Positions 55,601 to 64,000 of a DNA stretch of 64,000 bases are shown here, piece after piece; positions within the stretch are counted from its first letter, which is position 1, and each line of letters starts with the position of its first letter. Position numbers and translations under genes: made by a program. The stretch covers positions 2,330 through 66,329 of IMG/VR virus record IMGVR_UViG_3300042946_000263. The stretch is one strand, 5' to 3'. The notes under the pieces were generated by a model. It made no database searches and had not been told where the DNA came from. It saw only the letters and a list, made by a program, of their open reading frames with translations. This DNA is from a virus.

Positions 55601-57918
55601 TCACCGTTAACGGTCAGACTAGAGATGTTGAAATTTTTGGTATCTCATATGCATATGGTAGCTCTAGATCGCCAATCTTCTATGATTCAGATAATACTGG
55701 TTATTATGTAGATCCTAATAATACATCAAACCTCAACGGTTTAAATATTGGTGGTTTTCCTGCTTGGAAGTATTCAACAACATACACAACATCCACTGAC
55801 TGGAATACTATACTTCCTGCGGCTTATTCAATCAGACTTGATGAAATTCAAAATGGCACCGGATGGTCAAATGGTCCAAGCAGTGCATATGCATATGGTG
55901 CTCTTTTCTCTTGGGCTGCGGCGAACCATGCGCTTCAGTTGTATGTACCTCATACCGCTTCAGGATCTAACAATGGTATGTGGTATAGAACTGCATGGGT
56001 TCCAGGAACCACATGGAACAATGGTTATGCTTGGGCCAGAATCCTAGATTCTGCTAACTATTCTTCATACTGTAACTTTGGTACAAACAACGTATATGGT
56101 GCTATTTACTATGATGGAAATGATACAGGATATTACTGTAATCCAAACGGTATATCTTCTCTATGGTCAGTGAATATTAGAGGTGATGCCAATTCTACTA
56201 ATTACCAGAACCAGATACATTTCTGGGGTTCAACCAGCACCACAACTTCCGCTATTGGTTTTAAATCAAACGGAGGATCCTTTACTAATCCGACTGGTAA
56301 CGGCGACGGTTATAATACATATTTCACAATGGACTCAGATGGAAGAGGATGGGTGTTCCGTCGAGGCACCGGTGGTAACGATTTCAGTGCTGCTTATACA
56401 TCTGGTTGGATTCTTAATAATGGTGTTTGGCAGTCTAATGCCAGTATGCGTTCACCAATCTTTTATGATTCCAATGATACTGCTTACTATTGTAATCCTA
56501 ATAGCTTATCAGTTCTATCAGGAATAGAAGTAGGCGGATTAGGAAGATCAAGTTCACATTGTATCGGCTCAAATCTTTCCGGTGGTATTGCTTGGAATAA
56601 TTCTCAACTCGAAATAAGAAATACAAATGGTGGCAATGTTGGTATAGCGTTCCATAGAGCAGGTTATACTTCTGTGCCGCTATATCATGACGGAGGATCG
56701 CAATTACGTTGTGGTGGAAATCTAATCGGCGATAGTGATATAAGAGCGCCAATCTTCTATGATTTAAACGACACTGCATATTATGTAAATCCAAATGATG
56801 TTTCATACATGGTCGAACCAAGAATGGCATGGCGATCACTGATCGGTAACCAGAACTACGACGGCTGTTTGTATGATGGAGGATATGATTATAGACCTGG
56901 TATCACTATTAGAGGTAACTATCCTCATCTGAATCTAGTTTCTTCCGGAATCAATAACACATCTCATGGACCAACACTAAGATTTATGGCTTATGATACC
57001 GCCGGAGCGACATCAGGAAACTATAAGCATTGGGTTATAGGTACATCGGGCACAAATGCTGTCAGACTTTCAATTGGTTATGCTTCTAACAATGCTAACC
57101 CACATGAAGGTATCTATGGTTGGGGTTCTGTTGCTATGTGGTTTGAAAATGATAGTAACGTCTACTGTAATGCAAGTATTCGTCCTACTATCATGTATGA
57201 TAGAAATGATACTGGTTATTATTGTGATCCTAATGGAACATCTTTCTTGAACGTAGTTGGATTGGGGACAACTGGATACGAAGGTCGTTTCCAGGTTTAT
57301 AATGGTGGTACTGTAGCAGCATCCTTTATGGGCGGTTGGGGTCAGTATGGTAAGGTCATTCAATTAAGAACTGACGGCGCTGGTGGTCAAGATGGTCCAA
57401 TGCTATGGTTCCACAAAGCTGGCGCCAAACACTGGGCTTGTGGTATTAGACCATATTCCGGAGACAACAGTTTCTGGATTTCTGAAGATTCTTATAACGG
57501 TTCTTGGGGTTCAGAGAGACTTAGACTCGAACCAGGCGGAAACCTATTGGTTACAGGTAACGTAACTGCCTACTGGTCAGATCGTCGTCTGAAAAAGAAC
57601 GTCGAAACCCTTGAAAACTCTATCGATGTTGTTAAGAAGTTAAGAGGTGTTATTTTCCAGTGGAACGAAACTGGTAAAGGTATCTTCAATGGTTCTGATG
57701 AACCAGAAACTGGATTTATTGCACAGGAAGTCCAGGAACATATTCCTTCTGCTGTAAGAGAAAACAAACTAGCTAAAGCAGAAGATGGTTCTCACTACCT
57801 AACAATCGACCAAGACAAGATCGTTCCTTATCTTGTTGAGGCAATCAAAGAACAGCAAGAAATGATTGAGACTATGAAACAAGAAATGAGCGATTTGAAA
57901 AAACTGATAAATAGTTAA
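52693..57918 (+). CDS. long tail fibre with C-terminal Peptidase_S74 intramolecular chaperone
   Basis: KLRRSSV.GK.P...GELA.N..D; 26-aa YTD repeats; SPIFYD..NT.YY.DP repeats; WSDRRLKKN...GFIAQEV...LVEAIKE. Confidence 0.9.
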   Translation: MANTVFKLRRSSVAGKVPNTSTVAIGELAINLTDKKLFSSDGSLVFEIGANLTDLQVSNNITTSNINVTDTALFQNVAVFHDVAIFGAISANSSNGAAGLVLTSNGSGVYWAPAGGSATGPVRQQFTGDGNTTTFAISGGYESNTVSVFLNGVMLHNGLEANVQSGVNVVISPAPANGALIDVVGYSVITSTSYLTIGNTSISGNVISIGNSSVNTQIVPGNVYLNGSTLVIGNTSSNITIDSTTISIAGATINTSSFSGTANNTLYVGSVASNDVVSNTSLQANLTVIRSDIANSYSNSVNYTSFAIGTANLAMVANADAAYSNATSYTDSKIATANSAIVANASAAYSNSVFYTDSKIATANAAIVANASAAYSNSVSYVDTQIAIANSAIVANASSAYSNSVSYVDSKISTANSAIVANASAAYSNSVTYIDSSIGVANAGIVANASAAYSNAVTYIDSSIGVTNAAIVANASAAYSNAISYTDSKIATANTSMVANAAAAYSNSVTYTDTKIATANAAITGNAATAYSNATSYTDSKIATANAAITANASAAYTNATSYSSNASNISSGTVAEARLPYRMNQDVRNTDNVTFGQMTLTGNLVVSGNVNIIGANNLSLVDNMIYLNSNSTVSNPDIGIAGNYNDGTYYHTGFFRDASDGIWKVYDNYAPEPDANVWIDTTNTTFHIANFQANALFLGNTSSFWVVANTSGVHAPAVNTVNVVISGGISANGTYGSAGQSLVSNGTGAYWATAGATLNANNTDSSTYYIGLSSGSSGAWTNAVVSTSKLYFVPSTGTLTVGSATVNSTNYSGTSNNSAYLGGTAAASYLLSSTASSTYLPLSGGTITGTTTVNGDVRIFKNGADSINSHLYFASAGNSQAWNWQLDSSGNAALWGYPNSAAWSKVCYFTPTGNLFASNDISCGSRFHFTAAGAWTGGSYGLIGMNWGGAAGTYKNFAVFDYPNGRAMFTVNGQTRDVEIFGISYAYGSSRSPIFYDSDNTGYYVDPNNTSNLNGLNIGGFPAWKYSTTYTTSTDWNTILPAAYSIRLDEIQNGTGWSNGPSSAYAYGALFSWAAANHALQLYVPHTASGSNNGMWYRTAWVPGTTWNNGYAWARILDSANYSSYCNFGTNNVYGAIYYDGNDTGYYCNPNGISSLWSVNIRGDANSTNYQNQIHFWGSTSTTTSAIGFKSNGGSFTNPTGNGDGYNTYFTMDSDGRGWVFRRGTGGNDFSAAYTSGWILNNGVWQSNASMRSPIFYDSNDTAYYCNPNSLSVLSGIEVGGLGRSSSHCIGSNLSGGIAWNNSQLEIRNTNGGNVGIAFHRAGYTSVPLYHDGGSQLRCGGNLIGDSDIRAPIFYDLNDTAYYVNPNDVSYMVEPRMAWRSLIGNQNYDGCLYDGGYDYRPGITIRGNYPHLNLVSSGINNTSHGPTLRFMAYDTAGATSGNYKHWVIGTSGTNAVRLSIGYASNNANPHEGIYGWGSVAMWFENDSNVYCNASIRPTIMYDRNDTGYYCDPNGTSFLNVVGLGTTGYEGRFQVYNGGTVAASFMGGWGQYGKVIQLRTDGAGGQDGPMLWFHKAGAKHWACGIRPYSGDNSFWISEDSYNGSWGSERLRLEPGGNLLVTGNVTAYWSDRRLKKNVETLENSIDVVKKLRGVIFQWNETGKGIFNGSDEPETGFIAQEVQEHIPSAVRENKLAKAEDGSHYLTIDQDKIVPYLVEAIKEQQEMIETMKQEMSDLKKLINS
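53590..54380 (+). repeat. in-frame 78-nt (26-aa) tandem repeats
   Basis: about 10 copies of SYTDSKIATANSAIVANASAAYSNSV-like units. Confidence 0.85.
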
Positions 57919-57941
57919 AAAACAAATAATAAAGGCAAAAA

Positions 57942-60900
57942 ATGGCTCAGAATAGAGAAATTGGCGAACTTGGTCAAGTTGTAACAGTCAATACAGCTGC
58001 AGAAAGCGTTAGCGTTGGTAACACTGTTATCCATACTATCGGAATAACTGTAGGTAATACTTCCATTCATAGTAATGGTATTACTATTTCTGGCCAGTCT
58101 ATGAACAACACTTCATATCCAGGCACAGCAAATAACACTCTTTATGTCGGGTCAGTAACGGCTAATGATGTTGTTTCTAATACAGACCTTCAAGCTAATT
58201 TAGTTGTCATTAGATCAGATATAGCCAACTCCTATTCTAATACAGTTTCATATATCAGTAGTTCTATAGAAACTGCTAACGCTGCAATGGTTGCTAATGC
58301 TGCAGCAGCCTATTCTAACTCTGTAACATATACTGATACCAAGATATTCACGGCTAATGCTGCTATAGTTGCTAATGCTTCTGCTGCATATTCTAACGCT
58401 GTGAGTTATACGGATAATGCATATTCCAATGCAGTATCATATATCAACAGTTCTATTGGAACTTCTAATGCTGCTATAGTTGCTAATGCTTCTGCTGCAT
58501 ATTCTAACGCTGTTACATATACAGATACTAAGATTGGAACAGCTAACCTAGCAATTGCTGATGCATACTCTAACTCCGTTTCTTATACTGATTCTAAGAT
58601 AGCAACAGCTAACCTAGCAATCGCTAACGCATATTCTAATGCAATTTCTTATGCAGACTCAAAGATAGCTACTGCTAACTCTGCTATAACAGCTAATGCG
58701 TCAGCTGCATATTCTAATGCAGTTTCGTATACTGATTCTAAAATTGCTACTGCGAATCTAGCGATTGCTGACGCATATTCGAATTCGGTCAGTTATACAG
58801 ATTCAAAGATAACTACCGCTAATTCAGCCATAACAGCTAATGCGTCAGCAGCGTATAGCAACTCCGTTTCTTACACAGATTCAAAGATAGCTACTGCTAA
58901 TGCCGCTATCTCTAGTGCATACTCCAACTCCGTTTCTTACACAGATTCAAAGATAGCTATCGCCAATTCAGCCATAACAGCTAATGCTTCTGCAGCATAT
59001 TCTAATGCCACAACATACGCATCAAACGCTTCTAATATTTCTTCCGGAACTGTAGCTGAAGCTAGACTTCCATACAGAATGGATCAGAATGTCAGAACTT
59101 CTGATTCTGTAGAATTTAAAGGTATGACCCTAACTGGAAACCTTGTTGTTTCTGGTAATGTTAACATTGTTGGTGCGAATAATCTTTCGCTAGTCGATAA
59201 TATGATTTACCTAAATTCTAACAGCACTGTTTCCAATCCAGATCTTGGATTTGCTGGTAATTATAACGATGGTACTTATCGCCATACTGGGTTTTTCAGA
59301 GACGCCAGCGATGGTATCTGGAAAGTTTTTGACAATTATGGACCAGAACCAGATGCTAGTCCTTATATAGACACTTCAAATACAACTTTCCATCTAGCTA
59401 ATTTTCAAGCGAACAACTATTTCGCAGGTAACACAACATCTAACTGGTTTGTTGCTAACAATTCTGGCGCATATGCTACTAAATTCTATGACATCAATAA
59501 TACTGCTTATTATCTAGACCCTGCTTCTACCTCTTTGTTGAACGGGTTGATAGTAGGATATGGAGGAACATCATCAACTATCACAATGTATGATAGTGAT
59601 AATGGTAATAGATTCATTCATGCCAATTCTGGTAGATTAGGATTCTTAAATCTTGCTGCTGATGGTTGGTGGGCATGGAACGATGACAGTGGTAACTGGT
59701 TTTCTGCAACTTCTAGTAGATCACCAATCTTCTATGATTCGGACAATACTGCTTATTATATTGATGCCGCATCAACCTCTGTTTTAAATGCTGCGATCAT
59801 TGGTGGTCATACATATTCATCTTACAATACCAGTAACATTCAGATAAACACCGCAGGAAATAGTTCTGTAGGATTGTTGATGAAAAACTCTGGTGGTACT
59901 TTTGGTTTCCAATTGTATGGTGGATCCGGAACCGAATATGGGTTCCTTGGATCTTCTTGGGGCAATTGGGATATGCAGAAAACCGTTGGCGGTAATCTAT
60001 ATCTAAATAACAATACAAATTATTATCTGAACCCACCAAGTGCGTCGTTACTAAGCACACTAACTCTCAATGGCGGAACGAGCAATCCATTAAACGTCAG
60101 AACTTCTTCTGCTGGGCCATGGGCTATCCACTTAACTCGTGATGATTTGTCAAATTCTGTTAGTGTTTACAACGCAGGTGGTTATTGGTATTTCAGCTCT
60201 TATGTTGCTTCTGGTGGTTCTTTCCGTGCTCCGATCTTCTATGATTCTGATAATACTGCATACTACATCGATCCGAATAATACATCGAGCGTGTTAGGTA
60301 TCACACTCAACGGTAAAATTAATTTTCCATCAGGTTCAGGCGGTGGTACTACTTTCTCTGCCAATCATTACAGTATGGGCGAAGATATTGCTGATGGTGG
60401 ATGGTCACATCCCCATTACTCAGATTTGATTATTGGTTATCATACTGGTATTCGTATTGGCGCATCATATTCTGGCATAAGATTCTATAATAATTCACCA
60501 ACAACAGATGCTAATAACGATGGTAATGGTGACGGTGGTGAAGCATTACTTATGACTGTTGGTGGCCATGCTGGTGGATTTGTTACCGCTCACGAATCAA
60601 TACGTTCTCCAATTTTTTATGATTCTAATAATACTGCTTATTATGTTGATCCTAACTCCACAACATCACTAAGAACTGTTGGTAGTTGGAGAGCAGATTC
60701 ATCATCATGGGACGGCGAGTATTCTGGTAAAATTCAATATCACGGTAGTAACTGGTATTTTCAAGCTGCAAGCGAATGGATTTTCAGAAATTCCGGTGGC
60801 TCCAATGTATTTTATGTCAATCAATCTGGAACAATATATGCGCCATTTTGGTATGATTCTAATAATACCGCAAGATATGTTGATCCTAACTCCACAACTC

Positions 60901-61709
60901 TACTCGAAGATTGTAGAGCAAGCATCTTCTATGATATTTATGATACAAACTATTATGTTCAAGCAAGATCGATTTCATATCTAAATGATATTAGACCTAA
61001 CATCATCTATGATCGTAATGATACTTATTACTACAATGATCTTAATGCGGGTAGAAGATTTGCTGGAAGAACATACATTCATGAGTGGATCGAGTTCGTA
61101 AACTTCACTGGACTATATTCACCAAACAATGGCGCCCATTTTCATCCAAATGATTTGTCTTATGGGTCGTGGCGTTCAAGAGGATCTAGAAATGGTTGGG
61201 CAGGTATCGAATTTGATGCGTCACAGAATATTTCATTGATGATCAATACTGCTGGCACCGTTCAAGGATTTCATAACAATGCTGTGGGATGGAGACTTTA
61301 TATCGAAAACGGAACAGGCCACTTCCCAGGAAACGTTATTGCTTATTGGTCAGATAGAAGACTCAAAGAAAATTTGAGACCAATTGGTAACGAGGCAACT
61401 CAAATATTGTCTAAACTGACAGCCTATAGATTTAACTGGAATAATAAGGTAAAAGATTTCCATGCTGAAATCGAACCAGGTAAAGAAGAAATCGGTCTTA
61501 TCGCACAGGAAGTTCAGGCCGCCATTCCGGACGCTGTTGTCATTAATAGATCAGCTAATAAAGCACACATCGATGGAACAGAATCAGAATCAGAATATCT
61601 AACAATCAATTGGAACAAGATCACTCCATTGTTGGTTCAGGCCTTAAATGATACAACAAAAGAACTTAATGAATTGAAACAACTTCTAAAAGATAAGGGA
61701 ATACTATGA
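57942..61709 (+). CDS. second tail fibre with Peptidase_S74 chaperone
   Basis: shares repeat stalk and DNMIYLN..HTGFFRDASDG domain with upstream fibre; WSDRRLKEN...GLIAQEV. Confidence 0.9.
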   Translation: MAQNREIGELGQVVTVNTAAESVSVGNTVIHTIGITVGNTSIHSNGITISGQSMNNTSYPGTANNTLYVGSVTANDVVSNTDLQANLVVIRSDIANSYSNTVSYISSSIETANAAMVANAAAAYSNSVTYTDTKIFTANAAIVANASAAYSNAVSYTDNAYSNAVSYINSSIGTSNAAIVANASAAYSNAVTYTDTKIGTANLAIADAYSNSVSYTDSKIATANLAIANAYSNAISYADSKIATANSAITANASAAYSNAVSYTDSKIATANLAIADAYSNSVSYTDSKITTANSAITANASAAYSNSVSYTDSKIATANAAISSAYSNSVSYTDSKIAIANSAITANASAAYSNATTYASNASNISSGTVAEARLPYRMDQNVRTSDSVEFKGMTLTGNLVVSGNVNIVGANNLSLVDNMIYLNSNSTVSNPDLGFAGNYNDGTYRHTGFFRDASDGIWKVFDNYGPEPDASPYIDTSNTTFHLANFQANNYFAGNTTSNWFVANNSGAYATKFYDINNTAYYLDPASTSLLNGLIVGYGGTSSTITMYDSDNGNRFIHANSGRLGFLNLAADGWWAWNDDSGNWFSATSSRSPIFYDSDNTAYYIDAASTSVLNAAIIGGHTYSSYNTSNIQINTAGNSSVGLLMKNSGGTFGFQLYGGSGTEYGFLGSSWGNWDMQKTVGGNLYLNNNTNYYLNPPSASLLSTLTLNGGTSNPLNVRTSSAGPWAIHLTRDDLSNSVSVYNAGGYWYFSSYVASGGSFRAPIFYDSDNTAYYIDPNNTSSVLGITLNGKINFPSGSGGGTTFSANHYSMGEDIADGGWSHPHYSDLIIGYHTGIRIGASYSGIRFYNNSPTTDANNDGNGDGGEALLMTVGGHAGGFVTAHESIRSPIFYDSNNTAYYVDPNSTTSLRTVGSWRADSSSWDGEYSGKIQYHGSNWYFQAASEWIFRNSGGSNVFYVNQSGTIYAPFWYDSNNTARYVDPNSTTLLEDCRASIFYDIYDTNYYVQARSISYLNDIRPNIIYDRNDTYYYNDLNAGRRFAGRTYIHEWIEFVNFTGLYSPNNGAHFHPNDLSYGSWRSRGSRNGWAGIEFDASQNISLMINTAGTVQGFHNNAVGWRLYIENGTGHFPGNVIAYWSDRRLKENLRPIGNEATQILSKLTAYRFNWNNKVKDFHAEIEPGKEEIGLIAQEVQAAIPDAVVINRSANKAHIDGTESESEYLTINWNKITPLLVQALNDTTKELNELKQLLKDKGIL
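58250..59020 (+). repeat. in-frame 26-aa/22-aa tandem repeats
   Basis: mixed SYTDSKIATANSAITANASAAYSN.. and SYTDSKIATANLAIADAYSN.. units. Confidence 0.85.
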
Positions 61710-61864
61710 CAAAAGAAGAATATATCGTAGCAATTAAAGAAGCGGAAACAACAATAAATAATCTAGTTAGAGAAGCTAGATCGAATAATATTGTTGTTGA
61801 TTTAACCGTGACAATCGAGGCTCCGATGAGCACTGTCAGTCTAGTATCCGTAATAGTAAAATAA
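61706..61864 (+). CDS. small hypothetical protein (52 aa)
   Basis: AAGGGA RBS, ATGA overlap; MTKEEYIVAIKEAE... Confidence 0.55.
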   Translation: MTKEEYIVAIKEAETTINNLVREARSNNIVVDLTVTIEAPMSTVSLVSVIVK

Positions 61865-61891
61865 CTAAATATAAGGTTAAGGAGATAAAAA

Positions 61892-62296
61892 ATGGCAGTA
61901 ACATATACTTGGGAAGTAACAGGTCTTAAGACAACAACAGTAGCTAACACTTCTGATGTTGTCGTTCAGACATACTGGAAGAAAAAGGGAACCGATGAAA
62001 GCGGTAATGTTGGCGAGTTTAGTGGAGCAACTCCGTTCTCTGCCAATAGCATGCCAGCAAACACAACTTTCGTTCCATTCTCTGATCTAACAGAATCAGA
62101 CGTTCTATCATGGATTAAAGCCGTTGTTGTTGGTAATTACGAAGAACATGTAAACGGCCAGATCCAGAAACAGATTGATGATAAGAAGAACCCAGTCGTA
62201 GAGAACGTTCTACCTTGGGCTCCAGTAACAAATACTTCACCATCAACACCAGAACCATCAGTAAACACATCAAATAGTTCAACTAGCAACACTTAA
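61892..62296 (+). CDS. fibre-associated small protein, paralog 1
   Basis: YTW.V..L....DVV....W...G....F.P...LTE..V..W...LPW. Confidence 0.8.
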   Translation: MAVTYTWEVTGLKTTTVANTSDVVVQTYWKKKGTDESGNVGEFSGATPFSANSMPANTTFVPFSDLTESDVLSWIKAVVVGNYEEHVNGQIQKQIDDKKNPVVENVLPWAPVTNTSPSTPEPSVNTSNSSTSNT

Positions 62297-62310
62297 TAGG
62301 AGAAAATAAT

Positions 62311-62490
62311 ATGGATAAGAATGTAACTCTTGAATTGACTGTAGATCACCTTAACGTAATTCTACACGCTCTTTCTAAGCAGCCTCTTGAGGCAGTTATC
62401 ATGACTTTCACTGAAATCCAGAAGCAGGCAGATCCTCAGGTAAGAGGAGCTAGACCAGAAGGTCCACTTTCAGATAAAGTGTTAAACTAA
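62311..62490 (+). CDS. small protein (59 aa), paralog of 11471..11662
   Basis: AGGAG RBS; LELTVDHLNVILHALSKQP...IQKQADPQ. Confidence 0.7.
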   Translation: MDKNVTLELTVDHLNVILHALSKQPLEAVIMTFTEIQKQADPQVRGARPEGPLSDKVLN

Positions 62491-62503
62491 AAAAGGTTAA
62501 CCA

Positions 62504-62833
62504 ATGGCTATTGTCTACGAATGGGTCGTTTCTCAAATGGAATGTCACTCAGAAAAAAACAAAAAGAAACAAGTCGTTTCCCTTGTGTATTGGAGATATG
62601 CAGCTAGGGATGGCGAATATTACGCTGATGTTTATGGGTCTCAGCATTTGGATACAGACAACTTAAAAGGTTTTGTTCCATATGCGAACCTAACTAAAGA
62701 ACAAGTCATTGGTTGGCTCGAAACTACTATGGGCGAAAAGAAAATCGCAGATTTTCAGGCATCTCTGAAGGCTGCGATTGAAGAAATGAAAGAGCCTAAA
62801 GTGGTTACGCCTCCACTGCCATGGTCGAATTAA
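62504..62833 (+). CDS. fibre-associated small protein, paralog 2
   Basis: YEW.V......VV..V.W...F.PY..LT.EQV..W...LPW. Confidence 0.8.
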   Translation: MAIVYEWVVSQMECHSEKNKKKQVVSLVYWRYAARDGEYYADVYGSQHLDTDNLKGFVPYANLTKEQVIGWLETTMGEKKIADFQASLKAAIEEMKEPKVVTPPLPWSN

Positions 62834-62844
62834 GGAGTCATTAA

Positions 62845-63195
62845 ATGTCAGTATCATATAAATGGGCTGTAAAAAATATTAAGTGCAAAAAGAACGATAA
62901 AGACGAAGATGTTGTTGCAGAAATTTACTGGAGCAAGGTCGGTAAAGATTCTTCTACTGGCGCCGAAGGCTATTTTGAAGGAATTGTTCATGCTGACAAT
63001 ATTCCTGTTGTTGAAGGCAAGCCATCGAAATTCGTTGCTTATAATAAACTAAAAGAATCAGACGTTCTTAATTGGGTTAAAAAGGTTGTTGGTTCTCATG
63101 AGAGTCAAATAGACCTTTCAATTCAGAAACAAATTGATGAACAGAATAATGTGTTAATTGATACTCCTTTGCCATGGGTTAAACCAGAAAAATAA
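62845..63195 (+). CDS. fibre-associated small protein, paralog 3
   Basis: YKW.V.....DVV..I.W...F..Y..L.E..V..W...LPW. Confidence 0.8.
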   Translation: MSVSYKWAVKNIKCKKNDKDEDVVAEIYWSKVGKDSSTGAEGYFEGIVHADNIPVVEGKPSKFVAYNKLKESDVLNWVKKVVGSHESQIDLSIQKQIDEQNNVLIDTPLPWVKPEK

Positions 63196-63234
63196 TCTAA
63201 ATATCAAAAATAACTCCATAGGGGATAGGGAACC

Positions 63235-64000
63235 ATGGCGTCAGTAGACTTTAAAGTAAAAAACGGTTTAGTAACCGGAGCAAACAATACATCACTAGGA
63301 ACAGCTGTTACAGTCTTAATTGGTGGTAACGTTGGTATTGGTGATACAAATCCAAGTTACAAACTATCTGTTTCGGGTTCGTTAAATGCTACTGGTGCCA
63401 TTACCCAAGCTGGTAATCAGGTACTTCATGCCTCTAACTATAACAGCTATGTTCCAACATTCTCAGGAACTGGTGCTACTGGCACTTGGGGCATTAATAT
63501 TACAGGAAATGCTGTTACTGCAGGTGGTCTTGCTGTTTCATCTGCTCAAGCTGCATCTACAATTGTAGCTAGAGATGCAAGCGGTTATGCGTTCTTTAGT
63601 TATATCAACAGTGCTTCTCCAAACAACGAAAATCCAACCATATCTCAGATTGTTGTTACTACCGGCTCCGATGGTTATTATCGTAAATCTTCAATAGCTT
63701 CATTGACTTCAGCTGTCCAGAGCAACGCTTCTGGTAACTGGAACATCAATTCATATAACATAACACAGTATCCTCTTAATCAGAGTGTTCTTACAACTGC
63801 AGCCCCAACCTTTGCTGGCCTAACATCAACAAGTAATTTGACAGTGGCTGGAGGAGACCTTTATTCTTATAGGTCAGGAGGAACTACTGGCGTATTGTTT
63901 TTAAACAGCTCTGGAAGTAGATACCTTTATTGGGATAATACAACTTATAATTTGAATGGAGCAGAATTAAACATTAATGGGCAGCGTGCTCTTAATGCTG
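63235..64000 (+). CDS. further tail fibre protein (truncated by window end)
   Basis: open frame MASVDFKVKNGL...GNVGIG.T.P...G.GATGTW.I.I.G; absent from ORF track because no stop in window. Confidence 0.8.
   Translation, partial: MASVDFKVKNGLVTGANNTSLGTAVTVLIGGNVGIGDTNPSYKLSVSGSLNATGAITQAGNQVLHASNYNSYVPTFSGTGATGTWGINITGNAVTAGGLAVSSAQAASTIVARDASGYAFFSYINSASPNNENPTISQIVVTTGSDGYYRKSSIASLTSAVQSNASGNWNINSYNITQYPLNQSVLTTAAPTFAGLTSTSNLTVAGGDLYSYRSGGTTGVLFLNSSGSRYLYWDNTTYNLNGAELNINGQRALNA

Noticed and set aside
35756-60984. Numerous short alternative-frame or antisense ORFs inside structural genes
   Set aside because: Expected by-products of long genes with T/A-biased third positions; no independent signals.
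52693-61709. Diversity-generating retroelement acting on fibres
   Set aside because: Shared blocks differ mainly at synonymous positions rather than adenines only; no reverse transcriptase in the window.

Overview
This window is an AT-rich segment of a large T4-superfamily (Tevenvirinae/Kyanoviridae-like) myophage. The host is probably an alphaproteobacterium, judged from a permuted two-piece tmRNA with an ANDN...LAA tag and a Rhizobiales-type L,D-transpeptidase. (1) ~1-6.9 kb: a dense early region of tiny ORFs driven by many sigma70-type promoters (TTGAC-N17/18-TATAAT/TATACT) on both strands. It has 12-bp-period TGACC(A/T)A arrays, strong CpA depletion that follows the coding strand, and several long hairpins. 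(2) ~6.9-20 kb: accessory genes, including four 2OG-Fe(II) oxygenases, an RMF-like protein, DUF932, a DUF262+HNH (GmrSD-like) nuclease, a circularly permuted tmRNA, tRNA-Arg(UCU) and an L,D-transpeptidase. (3) ~20-22.4 kb: gp33, a SprT-like protease, gp59 and gp32. (4) ~22.4-47 kb: the tail/baseplate module (tail lysozyme/peptidase, gp51, gp26, gp54, gp2, gp4, gp48, gp53, gp27-like, a gp5 split into pieces, PAAR, gp25, gp6, gp7, gp9-like, gp8, split VrlC/DUF4815) with T4-type late promoters (TATAAATA). (5) ~47-64 kb: fibre/adhesin genes with S74 chaperone domains and small accessory proteins; virion proteins look enriched in N-x-S/T sequons. All family assignments come from motif recognition by eye, not database searches, and all counts are hand counts.
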